Of a stretch of 64,000 nt of DNA, positions 38,801 to 51,755 are shown in pieces. Both the position numbers and the translations under genes were made by a program. The DNA comes from Eukaryota sp. GEM-RC1. Its lineage: Eukaryota. The stretch spans positions 372,001 to 436,000 of the forward strand of contig JAUFOQ010000010.1 of NCBI GenBank assembly GCA_040285855.1. The letters are read 5' to 3'. Positions within the stretch are counted from its first letter, which is position 1; every line of letters starts with the position of its first letter. Below the pieces are notes generated by a model. It ran no database searches, had not been told where the DNA came from, and was given only the letters and a program-made list of their open reading frames with translations.

Positions 38801-39945
38801 AAACGTTCACGAATCGTTTGAATGGAAAAATATTTCACTTTTACTTCAACTATTTCTGGTGTCTTCTTGCCTCAACATGCCTTTGAAAATGATCATGACT
38901 CTATGTTACAACTTCTCTTTGATGAATCTTTCCCTTTCTTCTCAGTGAATCTTATATACCTTCGGTTTACCATAAACAGTTCAAAGGATAACATTAATTC
39001 TATATGTGATTACCTTCCAAAACATTCAAGCATCTCAGATTTAGCCATTGAAATTCATTCTCTCACTTCATTTGATGCGTTAGTTCTTGCTAAAGTGTTT
39101 TCTTCAAATCAAACATTACGTAAGGTTTCTCTGGTATCTTCGAAAAGTATAGATGAAAAGTCTATATTGCGGTTTGAAGGTCTTGCGATTAGTCGAATTC
39201 AACACCTTGATTTAACAGATTTTTGTATAGACAATTCAAATGTTCTTGTGTCCCTACTATCACGTTCTTCTTTGTCAACTTTTGTTTCCCCCGTTGTTCT
39301 TCCATTGATTCGGCGGTGTTTGCTGTTTTGCAGAGCAATACCAGTCTAAAAGAGGTAACAATATTAAATGGAACTTTTACTTTTCATGATCTTACAGATG
39401 TTCTTATTCATAATCCTATTGTGAGGAAATTAAACCTGTCATCGTGTAATGTTTCATTATCATTATTATTTAAATTTTTGAATCAAATTCCACTGTGTTA
39501 GAGTTATCTATTTCTGAACAAATTATTAGAAAATTCAATGACCAAGAAGTAGAGTCCTTATGTGGAATGTTACAACGCAATTCTTGTTTGCTTATCTTGA
39601 GTCTTCACGGTTTACGATTTACTTTTTTGCAATTCAATATTTTTCTAAATGCACTTGAAAATCACTCAATGCTAAAAAAAGTACTTTGTCCCTTTTGAAT
39701 TTAAATTGCTTAATTACAATGTTTGAAAGAATGTTTCCTGGTAAAACAAGATCTCTGATTGATGTAACTCCCTATGATATCAATGTTTTCGATGGTTCTA
39801 TTTGGTATCCAGATGAAATTGAACATGATGATTTAATATCACTTTTAAATGCTTTAAGATTAGGGATTCCCATTATCCGTGTTGAATGTGTGGAAAACAA
39901 CATGTATTCGAGTCTTGACAAATTTATTACAATATTTGAAATTCT
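35899..39945 (+). repeat. Segmental duplication of 1269-5292
   Basis: Collinear, near-identical sequence, including identical ORFs at 3503/38159 and 3817/38473. Confidence 0.95.
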
Positions 39946-42900
39946 AATATTGATCTTTTTCTTCCTCATCATCGCATTGACACTGAAAATGGTGTGTTTC
40001 ATTTTTCACCAACATCTTCCACCAAAATCGATGGTGAGACAATGTCATTTTTAAAATGTGCGCTAAAACGTGTTGATGTGAAAGAGATTACTCTTAAAAG
40101 ATGTCGTTTCTCTAACAAATCAATCGCTGTATTAAGTCAATTACTTAAGGATAGTTACTCATTGACTACTGTTGACTTCAGTGATTGTCGATTATCAAAC
40201 GACACAATTTTGCAAATAATTGATTCACTTCACTCCAAATCTCATCTAGAAAGAGTCAATTTTAGTAATAATTCTATTAAATTCCAATGTCTTTTGACTA
40301 TTTTTGAGTGGATTCAAATGTCCCAATAAACACCAAATTTTCAAATTTCTCCTCATTCATTTGATTTTCCTCTTGGTTTCATTCGTTTTGAAAATGAGGT
40401 TGAAAATCGTGATTTAACTTCACTTTTAAATGTTTTAAGGTCAAATATTCCTATTAAACGTGTTGAATGTCGCGGATTTAAAAGCCCAAGCCTAAAAGGG
40501 CTTATTACTTTGTTTGAAATTCTGTCCATTGACAGATCAATTATCACGCTAGATGTTTCTCCTCATGTTATTAACACTGAAAATGAGGGTTTTTGTTATT
40601 CACCAGGAGAAATTACTCAAATATCAGATCATGAAGTTTCTTCTTTACAGGCTCTTTCGAATTGTAACAGTGTCAAGGAGCTCACGCTGACCAATTGTCG
40701 TTTTACTGATGAATCATTTACTTTGTTATGTGAATTACTTAGAAATAATAGTGCCTTGACTTCTGTTGATATCAGTGACTGTGAGTTATGCAATAAGACG
40801 GCCATGAACATTATGTACGCACTTCAATCCAAAAGGTCTTTAAAGATGGTTAAGCTCTGCAATAGAAAGCTTGGTTTTAAAAGTCTTTCAACTTTTTTTC
40901 AATTAGCTTCAACTGGCAAATTAACTACAAGAATTGATTTGTCTCCTCACGTCGTTGATGTGTCTCTTGGATCTATCATCTATGAAAATGACGTGGATAA
41001 TGAAGATTTAAGTTCACTTTTGGACGCTTTAAAATCTAATCTTTCTATTAAACGTGTCCAATGTTGTGGATTGAGAAGTCCTAGTATTGAGGGAGTTATC
41101 ACACTCTTTAAGCTACTTTCGATGAACGAATTAGTGATAGATACTGATGTTTCTCTTGGTTGTATTCGTCACGAAAACCAAATTCATAACTTTGATTTAA
41201 TTTCTTGTTTAAATGCTTTAAAGTCAAAAGTTGTGATTCCACGTGTTGAATTTGTTGGATTGAGAAGTCCAAGACTTGAAGAACTTATATTATTATTTGA
41301 ATTACTTTTCTTTAACAACTTAGTGATCTGTGGTGATATTGCTCCTCACATTATTGATGTTGAAAATGCCGTGTTTTGTTACGCACCAGACAGTTACACT
41401 AAGATAACTGTTGAACAATGCTCGTCACTACAGCGTTTTTTTGGAATGTTGTAAAATCAAAGAGCTTACTCTCAATAGATGTGGGTTTAATAATGAAGCT
41501 GGAACTGTTTTGTGTAATTTAATTAAGACCTATAACGCATTGACATCCATTTCCTTTTGCGAATGCACAATTGCAAACGACACAACACTTTTCCACACCT
41601 TTCAGTTTAATACTGTATTAAAACAGGTGATTTTCACTGGCACTAATGTTCCATTTGAAAACCTTTTGAATTTCTGGAATCTTTTTGCTACTCATAAGAC
41701 GATCCAATTCTAATACATGGATAATCATATAATTAACTTTGCCGACAGTTTTAATAACTACAAGCAATGTGTTTCAAATAGAGATTTATTATATCTTTTG
41801 GATGCTTTGAAGTCAAAAGTTCCCATTAAACGTGTTGAATGTAGCAGATTGAGAAATCCCACTTTACGAGGTCTTTTAGCGTTGTATGAAATTCTTTGTA
41901 TCAACAAGTCAGTGATTGATCTTAAAATTTCTTCTCATATTATTGACGTTGTAAATGGCGTGTTTTGCTTGTCAGCAACACATTATTCTGCACACGTATC
42001 ACCTGGAGATGTCAAATCTTTTCAACGTTTGTGTATCAAAGAGCTTAGCCTAAAAGGCTGTAGTTTTACTGATGCAGGTGTCAGTGCTTTGTGTGATTTA
42101 TTTAAGTTCAGTAGTTCATTAACTGTTATCGACTTAAGTGAATGTAATATATGTGATGACGTTTTGTTAAAAATTATTAGTGCACTTCAGTACAATCCGA
42201 ATTTAAAAAAAGTTAGTCTCAATAATTCTTCAATTACGTTCAACTCTTTGTTAAAAATTCTGGATCTGAGGTCCTCAGAAAAATTACCTGAATATTTTGA
42301 AACTCATCCGCATTCAATTGATCTTAGACATGGGGTGTTTTGTTTTGTACCGCAATGTCGTACCGAGCTAACATCTGATCAGCTTTCCTCATTACAGTCT
42401 TATTTGAAGAAGTTCATCATTAAAGAGTTTACACTTAAAAAATGCAGATTCAGTGACTATATTATTCTGTATGAAATAATACGCTGCAATTTTAAGTTTT
42501 TAACTTTTATTGATTTCAGTTATTGTGGGCTGAATGATCATAACTTGATGGAGATTCTTAACAAACTGCAGTTACAGTCGAATTCAAATTTAACAGAAAT
42601 TCATCTTGGGTTGAACTCTATTGGTGCTGAAGGAGCTTTTGCATTGACTGAAGCGTTGACCGTCGACGCTTCAGTGTCTAAAGTTTGTTTAGCTTGTAAC
42701 TCTATTGGTGCTGAAGGAGCTATTGTTTAGGCTGAAATGTTGAAAGTAAATTCCACAATTACTGAAATTGATCTTGGTCGCATGACGGTGCCACTGCTCT
42801 TGCTGAAGCGTTGACAATAAATTCCACCGTTACTTGTATTAAACTGCCTTCTAATTCTATTACCATTGAAGGTGCCTATCTATTAGTTGAGATGTTAAAA

Positions 42901-43002
42901 GTTAATTCTAGTCTTGCATGTGTCAATTTTTTAGCCAACATCCGCGATTCTCATGTTCAGAAGCGTATTAAAAGTCACTCAAATAATCGAATATGGTGTT
43001 AA
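38473..43002 (+). pseudogene. Large LRR gene C, chimeric (gene-A-like 5' part, gene-B-like from ~39960), with in-frame stops
   Basis: Contiguous LRR ORFs. In-frame stops occur at expected Leu positions (SQ*TPNFQISPH ~40327; AIV*AEMLKVN ~42728), plus frameshifts. Confidence 0.75.
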
Positions 43003-43961
43003 TTGGTATATATAAATTAGAACCGTTTTATTGTTTGTAAAACTTGGAATCGGATTTAATATCTCAAATCCGAGCCGATCCGAATCTGACTGATCGAAAG
43101 CTGAATCCGATCTGGATCCTGGAGTTAATATCCGTCAATATCCACATACGATCGAAAAATCTGATCGGATTGAGATTCTTTTATCTAATACATTTCATTG
43201 AGTCTGTTTTAGTTTTTGCACTTATCTTACTGTTTTAGTTTCATAAAGAAATGACGTCCTTTAAACTTGTGTTTTATAATGGATGATAACGAAATTCTAT
43301 TAAGATTTATTAGTCAAAAAGTAACATTAATAGTAGAAGGGAAAAGTCCATCAGCAGCCATAAAACCACGTTTTGTCCATGACTTGAGTAAAACCAAAAC
43401 TTGAACTGTGTCACATTTGAGAGAAGCTTGTTTTCGGACACAGCTAACCCAGTACGGGAAAAAAGTCTTTCACAGTGTACAAATGATACATGTGTTAATC
43501 AATAATCAAAGAACATTCAAGCAAGTTTTGGATAAGTGCTGGTATTTCTTTTCCACCAAATTAATGGACTTCGATGTTGCTGGTGGCAGAGTCAGAGAGG
43601 AAGTCTACATCGGAATAGTAAGAAATTTGAAAGTTTCCGAATTTGCTTAGGGATGAGATATGTTCAACAGTCATATTTTCAACTCAATCGTTTTAAATAA
43701 CGTGTAATATCAGTAAAATAACCGGGTTTATGATCAATACAGTGAATTACAGTAATTGCTTTTGTAAAAATTACAACTAAAATGCACCAACTAATGTATC
43801 TATATTAGTATTTGTTAATTACCAAGAAGGCACTTACTGTGGCAATTGATTAAGGAAACTCGGTCTTTGACTTCAGTGTATATAAACTTTCTAGTACGGA
43901 ATTTTTTTTGTTTAGTTCTTTTTATGGAACAAAAACACTAAGATAAACACAAATATTAGAA

Positions 43962-44812
43962 CTAAAAATCATTAAAGCAACAATCATTGTCTTCAAAACT
44001 CACAACAGCTTTTTTCTTCATAAAAACACTGAGATCCACTAGAGCTTTTGAAATCATAATATGAATTGTTTTAAATATTGTAAAGACAATTTGATTCAAC
44101 CAAAACTTTAAATCAAATTTCTTGTTCATTCTTTTTGACCAATTTCTCAGAATCAGAGAGAAAACAAAGAGCGTCTCTACCAAGTCGACCATAAATTGAT
44201 ATTCCAAGAGGACATAATTTGTGCTCAACATGTCTAGTATGTTTGAGAGCAGTCAATGGTACATCACATTTGTTTCTCTTGTATTGTTCTGAAAAATCAA
44301 GTGGAAACACTTCATTTTTAGCATCATTAATGCACTTTTTTGCAAACATCCACAGTAATCACATCCACAACCGTTTGTTCATCATTGACTGATGGAACTA
44401 TGACATCAGCTCTTCTTTCACCAAAAGTGTTAACAGAATCACTATTTTTTAAATTATTGATTCCCAGTGATCTCAACAGTGGCTCAACGAAAGATCCATT
44501 TTTGTAGGACTTACACAGGGCATGAATTTGATCTCTGACAGCATCATGAATGCAAGTTCTATAAGTAATGAAACGATTGCAACTCAAAAGGTGAGAAAAA
44601 GTAACTAATTTACCACATTTACATAGAAGATCATTGGGTAAATTAGTGGGACATAAGAAACATCGAAGTCTGAATGTTGTAGTCCATTGATGATCATTCA
44701 ACAACAAACCATAAATCTGAGGAATTTGGTTGATCAAAGCAACTGAAGAAATATACTTCAAATCGATTACAAAATTGTGAATGCTGGATTTTTTCTTTGG
44801 CCGAGACATCAT
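43962..44812 (-). mobile_element. 5'-truncated non-LTR retrotransposon: CCHC finger plus restriction-like endonuclease (REL)
   Basis: FRLR...CKCGK...HLLSC...IHDAVRD...VEP...RRADVIV...VVDV; frameshifted; homologous to 60486-61388. Confidence 0.75.
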
Positions 44813-45589
44813 TAGGAACCGTCGATCTTCTATGGAAATAATAATGAAGTTTTTAGTCTTCGTCTTGTTCTTCTATAATTCCTCCAAACTCTGTTGAAAA
44901 CGCATTTTCAATTTTCGTATCGTAATGATGTCAGATACGGCATACATCACTAGTTTTGATCAACAGATGTTAAGCTGAAAAATTGATGGGGTTTTGCAGA
45001 AGATCATGCCTGAAGATCTTCATAACGTTAAACTCTGTAGGGATGGTTCATATTTGACAAACAGAAACGAAGCAGGTTGTTACAAATCACCAACAAAAAG
45101 TGATTTATGAGACAGTAGTCTTACAATGTTAACAGAAACGGATGAGAATCGAACTCAGGTTATATGTCTATTTTGATTGAACATATCCATTCATTTCATT
45201 GATTCACTCAGAAATATGACAATTTCACTGTCAAGTGAAGTCAGTTCTAAGAGAGAAAATGATAGAACAACCGGTGTGATGTCTCCTAAGTATATCCGGG
45301 TGAGTTGAAGTGGGCTAGAATTTGTTATACAAGAGGAAGAAAGTTTAGGACCAATGTTGAAAAAGGTCTTTGGTCGGATCTCCTAATGGTCTCGACGTTT
45401 GGTGAATAAGTTTTTGAGAATAACTCAGCAAGATCTCTTGAACGTCTAGACTGATATATTTGATTAAAGTCGCTCAGAATAGAAGTCTAAAATAAGACAG
45501 ACCGAGTTACATCATCCAATCGACACTTCGAAATCAGTATCTGTGGGTTACAAAGACACGACATGTATAATTGAAAAAGATACCGTTTG

Positions 45590-47320
45590 ACACGCTGACT
45601 CGGTGTTAAAAATTTCATTTGTTGTTTCAAATCCAAAGAAGATATTCATTAATGTCTTAATGTCTTGCAACCCTCGTTAATGTCACGTCACCACTAATCT
45701 TCAAGGGTGCTGGATCCATCACCTCTACTTATTTATTATTATTAATCAGGCGTCTGTATTGTGGAAAACAATTTTAGACCAGTAGTTGATATATAATCTA
45801 GTTCCATTGAATTGATTTTTTAGTGATCTTTCCTAATGTTTGAATGATGAGAGTAACTCTCGCCATTATTGTTTGTTTAAATGCAATTTCAAAGATTAGC
45901 TGACATCACTTAGGTTAGTTTTATCGTCTTTCAGTGTTCTCAGTATTATTCATATTTATCAATCCATTTTTTAGTGATGGTAACACATTGATTTCCACTT
46001 GTAAAGACAACCATAGAACATTCAAATCGAGACTATAAAGAGGACCAAATGTTGTTTTCTTACACCATTTGTTGAACCAAAAGGGAATGTAGGGTTTAAA
46101 TTCTGGGAAATTAAACGTTGTATTGATTTTGAAGACTTGACAACGTGATACAAGAAAGGGAAGGTTTGTTCTGTGGCTTGTCCGACACGAGAGTGTTATT
46201 GATTTCCAGGGTCCTTGAAATTAAAGATTCTACATCTCGGATGAGGTTCAGTCTGAATTCATCTAGTATCTTATACTTCAGCGCGTCTGGCTTTAGTCCT
46301 AGAATAAAGCTTTCGAGTAATGGTTTCGGTCGGTTTGTGTCGATGAATCTGCAACACCTATTTGCTGTTTTCTGAAATTCTTGGAGGTAGCGAGTTAGGG
46401 CTTCGTGGCCTGGAGCGTTCATGGACAGGGAGCGTAGCAACATGCGAGCTTCGGAAGCATCTTTTGCTTCAATTTGCTGCAACAGGTACTTCCAAAGAGA
46501 CTCTTGACTATTACAGGAATGGGGAGACATGAAGCGGATAAGTGATAGAACGTCAGGTAGAATGAAGCGGTGGAATCCTTCAGGTAAGGGAGGATTATCA
46601 AAGAACGAGGGGTCATCCCAGTCATCAAGTTGATGAAGGGAGGAAGAGGATTGAGAGGTGTTGGAAGTTGAGCGGTTAAATTTGGATTTCATCTTCTGGG
46701 TGTCATCGTTGAGGAAGGTAGGTACAGAAGTAGAGGAGGAGTAGAAGGAGGAAGAATTAGTAGAAGTAGGTTCCGAGGGATTTGCGTTGACAGTGGCTTC
46801 TTTGGCAGCGGACCAGTAGGCGGCGAAGGTCTTTGGGTCGAAGCCTTCAGGACGAACTTCTCGGAGAGCGGCGTGTATCATAATTTCAATCTCTTCTTCT
46901 TGGTTCAGTAAGAGGAAGGTTCTGGAAGGCTGGAGGTTCGGAGGCCTGTAAGAAGTGGGAAACTTCTTGTATAAAACGGGCGACGGCGTTCGTAGACAAG
47001 GAGGAGAGCTTCGGGGCTACGAAACGGACTTGTTCAGCGAGGAGGGAGTTTGCTGGGAGTGAAGTATGAGGAGAGGACATACGGATTAGGTTTAGTGAGG
47101 CCTGGTGATTCGGCCAATAGCTATTGATGCCGGTTTAGGCTAGAATAAAAAAGGGACGGTACCTTTATAAGGGGAGAGAATAATCTAGGTAAATTAATGC
47201 TACAGTTCACTACTAGAACACGTGTTAACACTTGCTGTGCTAACAAAATGCATCTAAATGAAAGTCATAACTCACAAACAATCGTGGACAATATTGAGTA
47301 ATGAAGAAAATGAAGTTTTT
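45590..47320 (-). repeat. Second copy of the 14306-14950 exonuclease-like element end, split by a gag insertion
   Basis: 45590-46162 aligns to 14306-14875; homology resumes at 47246 ('aaatgcatctaaatgaaagtcataactcacaaac'). Confidence 0.85.
46163..47245 (-). mobile_element. Truncated LTR-retrotransposon 5' part (short LTR-like end plus gag)
   Basis: GC-richer insert beginning TGTTAG on the minus strand. Gag-like ORF from 47080 (YLQEFQK...LLESFILGLKPDALKYKI). It cleanly interrupts a repeat that is uninterrupted at ~14875. Confidence 0.65.
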
Positions 47321-47892
47321 AAGGATACAAACAATAGGCTGCCTGCAGAATCACATTTGTCTAAATCCACTTCAATAATAGTTGCTGTCAGTTGTTCAAA
47401 TGTAGGTGAACCGGTAATCCGCAGAATCTGACTCATTAGTCTTTCAGGATCCATTCTTAGTCTTCCACACAAATAAACACCTAATCTACATCGATTCAGG
47501 CAACCAATTACTTCTAATAATTTTGTCAACACAGATGACTCGTATTCATAGTACATTTCCGTTTCATCAATTCCAACAATTGTTATTCCTTGACTTGAAA
47601 TGATTCCTTCTTGAGACAAACAAACAAACATTAATTGTAAGAATATGTTAGTAACTGTAGGCTCAAAATAACAGCACAAAGTAGGAAGTGCTTGTTGGGG
47701 TGTCACATATACACCAGACCAATTAAAACAATAATCTAAGGGTAATCGAGTAAAGAGTGAATTGTAGTATCTGAGATCATTACGAAATATCGGTCCATTC
47801 AGAGTAGTGCATATAAAAGGAGATTGACAACAATGATTTGCAGGTTTCGGGACCAAATCAACTGTTTGCAGTAAGTCTAAATTTAACAACAC
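47321..47892 (-). pseudogene. Possible P-loop NTPase fragment
   Basis: Only a Walker-B-like ITIVGIDE motif in a 200-codon open frame. Confidence 0.25.
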
Positions 47893-48199
47893 TGTAATGT
47901 ACAGTATCCACCATATATCTTCTCACCTTTGGGAACACAAAAACCCAAAAGGGAGAGAACAGTTTCAATTATGTTAAAAACCCAAATAATACATATGTTT
48001 ATAAAGTCTACTCAATATTAATCACAAGTGTTTCGTTTCTAGAGTGGAAAAATTGCATCAAAGAAGATTGCCTCAATTCTTCAACTCTTAATTCCTCAAA
48101 CTCACGCTCAACTTCATCCAACGTGTACAACGAAGCGTGTGTTCGGTTCGGTGCAAGTTGACAGAAACATAGGATTACAAATTTCTAAAAGCATTACAT

Positions 48200-48580
48200 G
48201 CATCTGTTTTAGAGACTTCAGCTTGTAGTTGCCAGAACTACGTCTTCAGTGATTATCATCAGGGACAAGTTCATTTTCACAAACAAAGCAAGAGCTACAT
48301 CTAGTTCAGGTTATTTGAATGTTTCTGTGCTTTTTGCTGATTGTCTTAAGTTCGTGTCTAGTGTAATTGCTTGTTCACGTATTTGTGCACGTTGTTTGAG
48401 TATATTTCCTAGAGTTGTGCGGTTAGCAGGTTCACGAAAATTGAAGGTTTCATTGGCCCACAGGACAAGATCATTATTCTTTAAGTGTGGATACTTGTCA
48501 GCATACTCAATGAGTAGTGCTGATTGTTTGACACCGATTTCTACGAGGTTTGGTTCACGTTGTTTTATAGTTTGATTCAT
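48200..48580 (-). mobile_element. pogo/CENP-B-type transposase N-terminal HTH remnant
   Basis: LIEYADKYPHLKNNDLVLWANETFNFREPANRTTLGNILK, followed after a stop by PELDVALALF (start of the second HTH). Confidence 0.65.
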
Positions 48581-48924
48581 AAAAGCCAGAAGATATATAC
48601 TGAGAGATTACATAACCATATGATTTAGGGAATTAAAAAAACGAGAATTTATAGAGAGTGAGAAGATACTGAAAAGGATATTGTGTATGCTTAAATGGCT
48701 ACTGTCATTGGTTATTCATGGTTATTTATTATGTATAGAAACCTAAACCTCAAAAGGGTTATTCGTATAATTCAACCTCTTGACAAGCTAATGAAGAGGA
48801 AGGAGTGGGGTCGAAGTAATTTCAGTTTCGGTTGATTCTATCTCTAACTCATTGATTGAGTTACTTGGTTCTTCTTCTTCATTAAATTATCCTTCTTCTC
48901 TAACAACAGTGAGAGATTTCTTCA

Positions 48925-49140
48925 TCTTAGACCGAGTCTAGAAGGACTTATTACTCTATTTGAAATTCTTTCTTGTTTTTAACAAACCAGGGATCGATCT
49001 TGATATATCTCCTCATTTTATAGACATTGAAAATGGTGTACTTAATTATTCACCTGGCAGTTGTACAAAAATCACTACCGATACAGTCTCTTGCATATAG
49101 TCTTTGTTGGCGCGTGAAGACGTGTTAGCAATTTTGGCTG
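48925..49140 (+). pseudogene. Internal fragment of the large LRR family
   Basis: RPSLEGLITLFEILS...DLDISPHFIDIENGV motifs with frameshifts. Confidence 0.7.
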
Positions 49141-49639
49141 ATTTGTAACACGCAAATATCGGAAACAATTTTCGTTCTCAATGTTGTGAAAATGCCTTTT
49201 GCTGCTAAAAGAATGAAAGACACCGTTCTGGAAGTTTCTACAGAATGTAGAGTATCGTATGAATGTGTAGAAGCAATGAGCTATTTATCGTTGAACCAGA
49301 AACCATGCTGTAACGCAAACACGAAACACGCGTGTTAACACGCGTGTTAACACGTGCCAGATTCGATTTTTGAACGTGTTAGCGCTCACTACGGTAATGC
49401 AATGATATCATAATTATCTACCAAAAATTGAATAGTTTAATTAAACAATTCATCAATTAAAACAAATTAAGCAAACTGTTTATAGATGAAGGGGGCAAAA
49501 ATACAAATCATAAGAAAGTCTATGAAACACTAGACACAGAAAATTCATACAGTTCTTATATAATATAGTGATAAAATGTTACTATCAATTACATTTTTCA
49601 TTATATTTTATCTCTTCCCAATGTTAATAATTTTAGCTT

Positions 49640-50300
49640 TTTTTATTCGGTACCCAATAAGGTAACCTTCCTACATAACTATGAAATTGTAAAAACAAAC
49701 AAATAATACTATGATTAAATCCAAACGACTTCATCAGCACCCAATACAAGATTACGTTTTTCAACATTAACCTTCACACCAAACTGGTACAATTTCTCAA
49801 TTAATCTGGAGAAATAGAAAGGCATATTCCGATATATGGAAAACACAAAACGATTTTTCCATTCAGCCATTCTAAACTTACGCTTCTTTTCTTTACACAG
49901 TTCTTCGAAATCCTAGAAAAATTGATCACCAGCAGGACTAATAGATATAAAAAGAGAAACATCAAAAGGTTGAAACACAAATTTGGAATATGAGTTTCGA
50001 TTTAATTCTTCAACTTGAGAGTCATACTTAGAGTGTTTGAGCTTTTCAGCAGCTGTTAACGGATTAAAAGAAGAATCTAATATCCTACTAACACAAGATT
50101 TGTTACAAACATCTACTGTAGTAAAATCCATTAATGATTGACTCGATTTAAGCCACGGACTATGGAGATCCCCTCTTTGTTGATCAGTAAATTCATTTTC
50201 TGAAAGATGATTCAAAACTGGTTCAACTTTAGAGTGACAACCATGTGCTTTAAACATTGAATAACAAGAATCACGTACACCATCGTGAATTCCTAACGTT
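49640..50300 (-). mobile_element. 3' remnant of a second REL-type non-LTR retrotransposon family
   Basis: IHDGVRDSCYSMFKAHG...VEP...RGDL...MDFTTVD...AEKLKHSKY. Its 3' tail (49640-49800) recurs at ~51990-52155. Confidence 0.7.
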
Positions 50301-50399
50301 TGATTTTAAATAGTAATTACTCTCTTTTATAAGACTGCAGCTCTCCTCCATCCAAATCCCTCAAGCTTTCAACTACTTTGATGACAGTTTTGTCGAACT

Positions 50400-50770
50400 A
50401 GCAATACAGCTGCTCTTATGAAAAACTTCAGAGGCGATCAAAATACCGCTGATGATGCTATCAATGAGTTTAGCAGAATTTAAACGACCACTTCCCACGT
50501 CTTCATTCTATACTCATTTAGCTGCTGGAACAACCAAAATGAAACCTGCAGTTTGGTGGGAGTGGTTTGGGAGGGTACTTTCTTTTTGAATGAATTGGCA
50601 GTGAAACTACTAACTCAAGTAACATCCACAGGTGGTGCTGAAAGTGTGTGGTCAATCCAAGACTGGATTCATTCTAAGAAACCTTACCGATTAGATGAAA
50701 CAAGGGTAAAAAAACTGGTCAATGTTCACAGTCAATGGTCTATTCGGATCGACGTTTTAGAAGATGATGT
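50400..50770 (+). mobile_element. hAT transposase C-terminal dimerisation domain remnant
   Basis: PAVWWEWFG...LAVKLLTQVTSTGGAESVWSIQDWIHSKKPYRLDETRVKKLVNV matches the hAT WW...LA.KLL...S...ER.WS...HSK.R.RL motif. Confidence 0.8.
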
Positions 50771-51539
50771 GTTTCTAAAAGTAGTACTGAATCCAATCCG
50801 TTTGACGACATGGAACACCTTACTTCAGAGTCTTTAGATTACAACTTAGCTTCTTATCCTCAACTTGAATCAATTTTGACTTGGTGAATATCAGTTAAGT
50901 ATGTATGATTCGACTTGTGTATAAAACATCGTTGGAACAAAAACGCTTCGCCAACAGAAAAAACGCGTTGTTGCGTACGAACACGTGTGTGCAACACTGT
51001 TCTCTTGTTCGTTTTGATTTAGAAATCAGGGATTTGAAAATACTATTTTTATATGTAATGTCCACTAATAACATTATTGACAACATGTGATCTCTAACAA
51101 TAAGGTAATGTTATTGTGAACAATAACTATAAGTTATGAACAATATATTGCAGCATTGGAAAATACAAACAAATCGAGGCTTATTTGCAACCAAAATTTT
51201 TTCTACGAGTTGTAAATCCTGCGAATCGTTTTCGCGTTCCAGAAATCAAGATTCAAGCACAAAATCAACAACATAAAGTTTGTGCGACTGATGAGCCTCT
51301 GTCCACTTCCCTACTGGGTGGGTGATGGATAAGAGGCCACTGTCGTCTGAATTGATGGTGCTTGAAACAATACATTGACACTTGAAGGCGAATGTAGAAG
51401 TCACTACATGTCTTGTTTAGTTTCTTTCCTCTTCAGGAAGCAATGTCTATTCTATTACACAATGTATTCTTCCACAAAGATTCTATAAAACACTGCTGAA
51501 TCGATTTGTTCACTGACAATACCCATCAATTTATTGCAA

Positions 51540-51755
51540 TATCATTATATTTTGAAATTGTACTTTTCAATTTGTCTATTAATCTTTTCGATGAAGAATT
51601 TTATCATATAATATTGTCTCCAGTGGCATAAGAATTTCCTTTTAATTCACATGTAACAAATGCTGTAAGCAAGCTCGGGTCTATTACAACAATATTTGCA
51701 TAATCGATATCTATCTCTTTTCTTTGCCGATCAACTTGAAAAGTACATTCCATAA
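51540..51755 (-). pseudogene. Possible TnpB/Fanzor2 RuvC-I remnant
   Basis: Manual translation NIVVIDPSLLTAFVTCELKGNSYATGDN...KRLIDKLKSTISK resembles IS607-TnpB/Fanzor2 'xxIDPGxxxFxT...G...G...IDKLxS'. It is short and contains stops. Confidence 0.35.

Noticed and set aside
40320..42735. Stop-codon reassignment suggested by in-frame TAA/TAG in gene C
   Set aside because: TAA and TAG terminate intact genes in this window. The stops are single-base changes from Leu codons in a decaying gene.
49315..49360. Tandem palindrome (aacacgcgtgtt)x2 and the atccga-rich patch at 43045-43170
   Set aside because: Probably transposon sub-terminal motifs, but no partner end or TSD could be identified.
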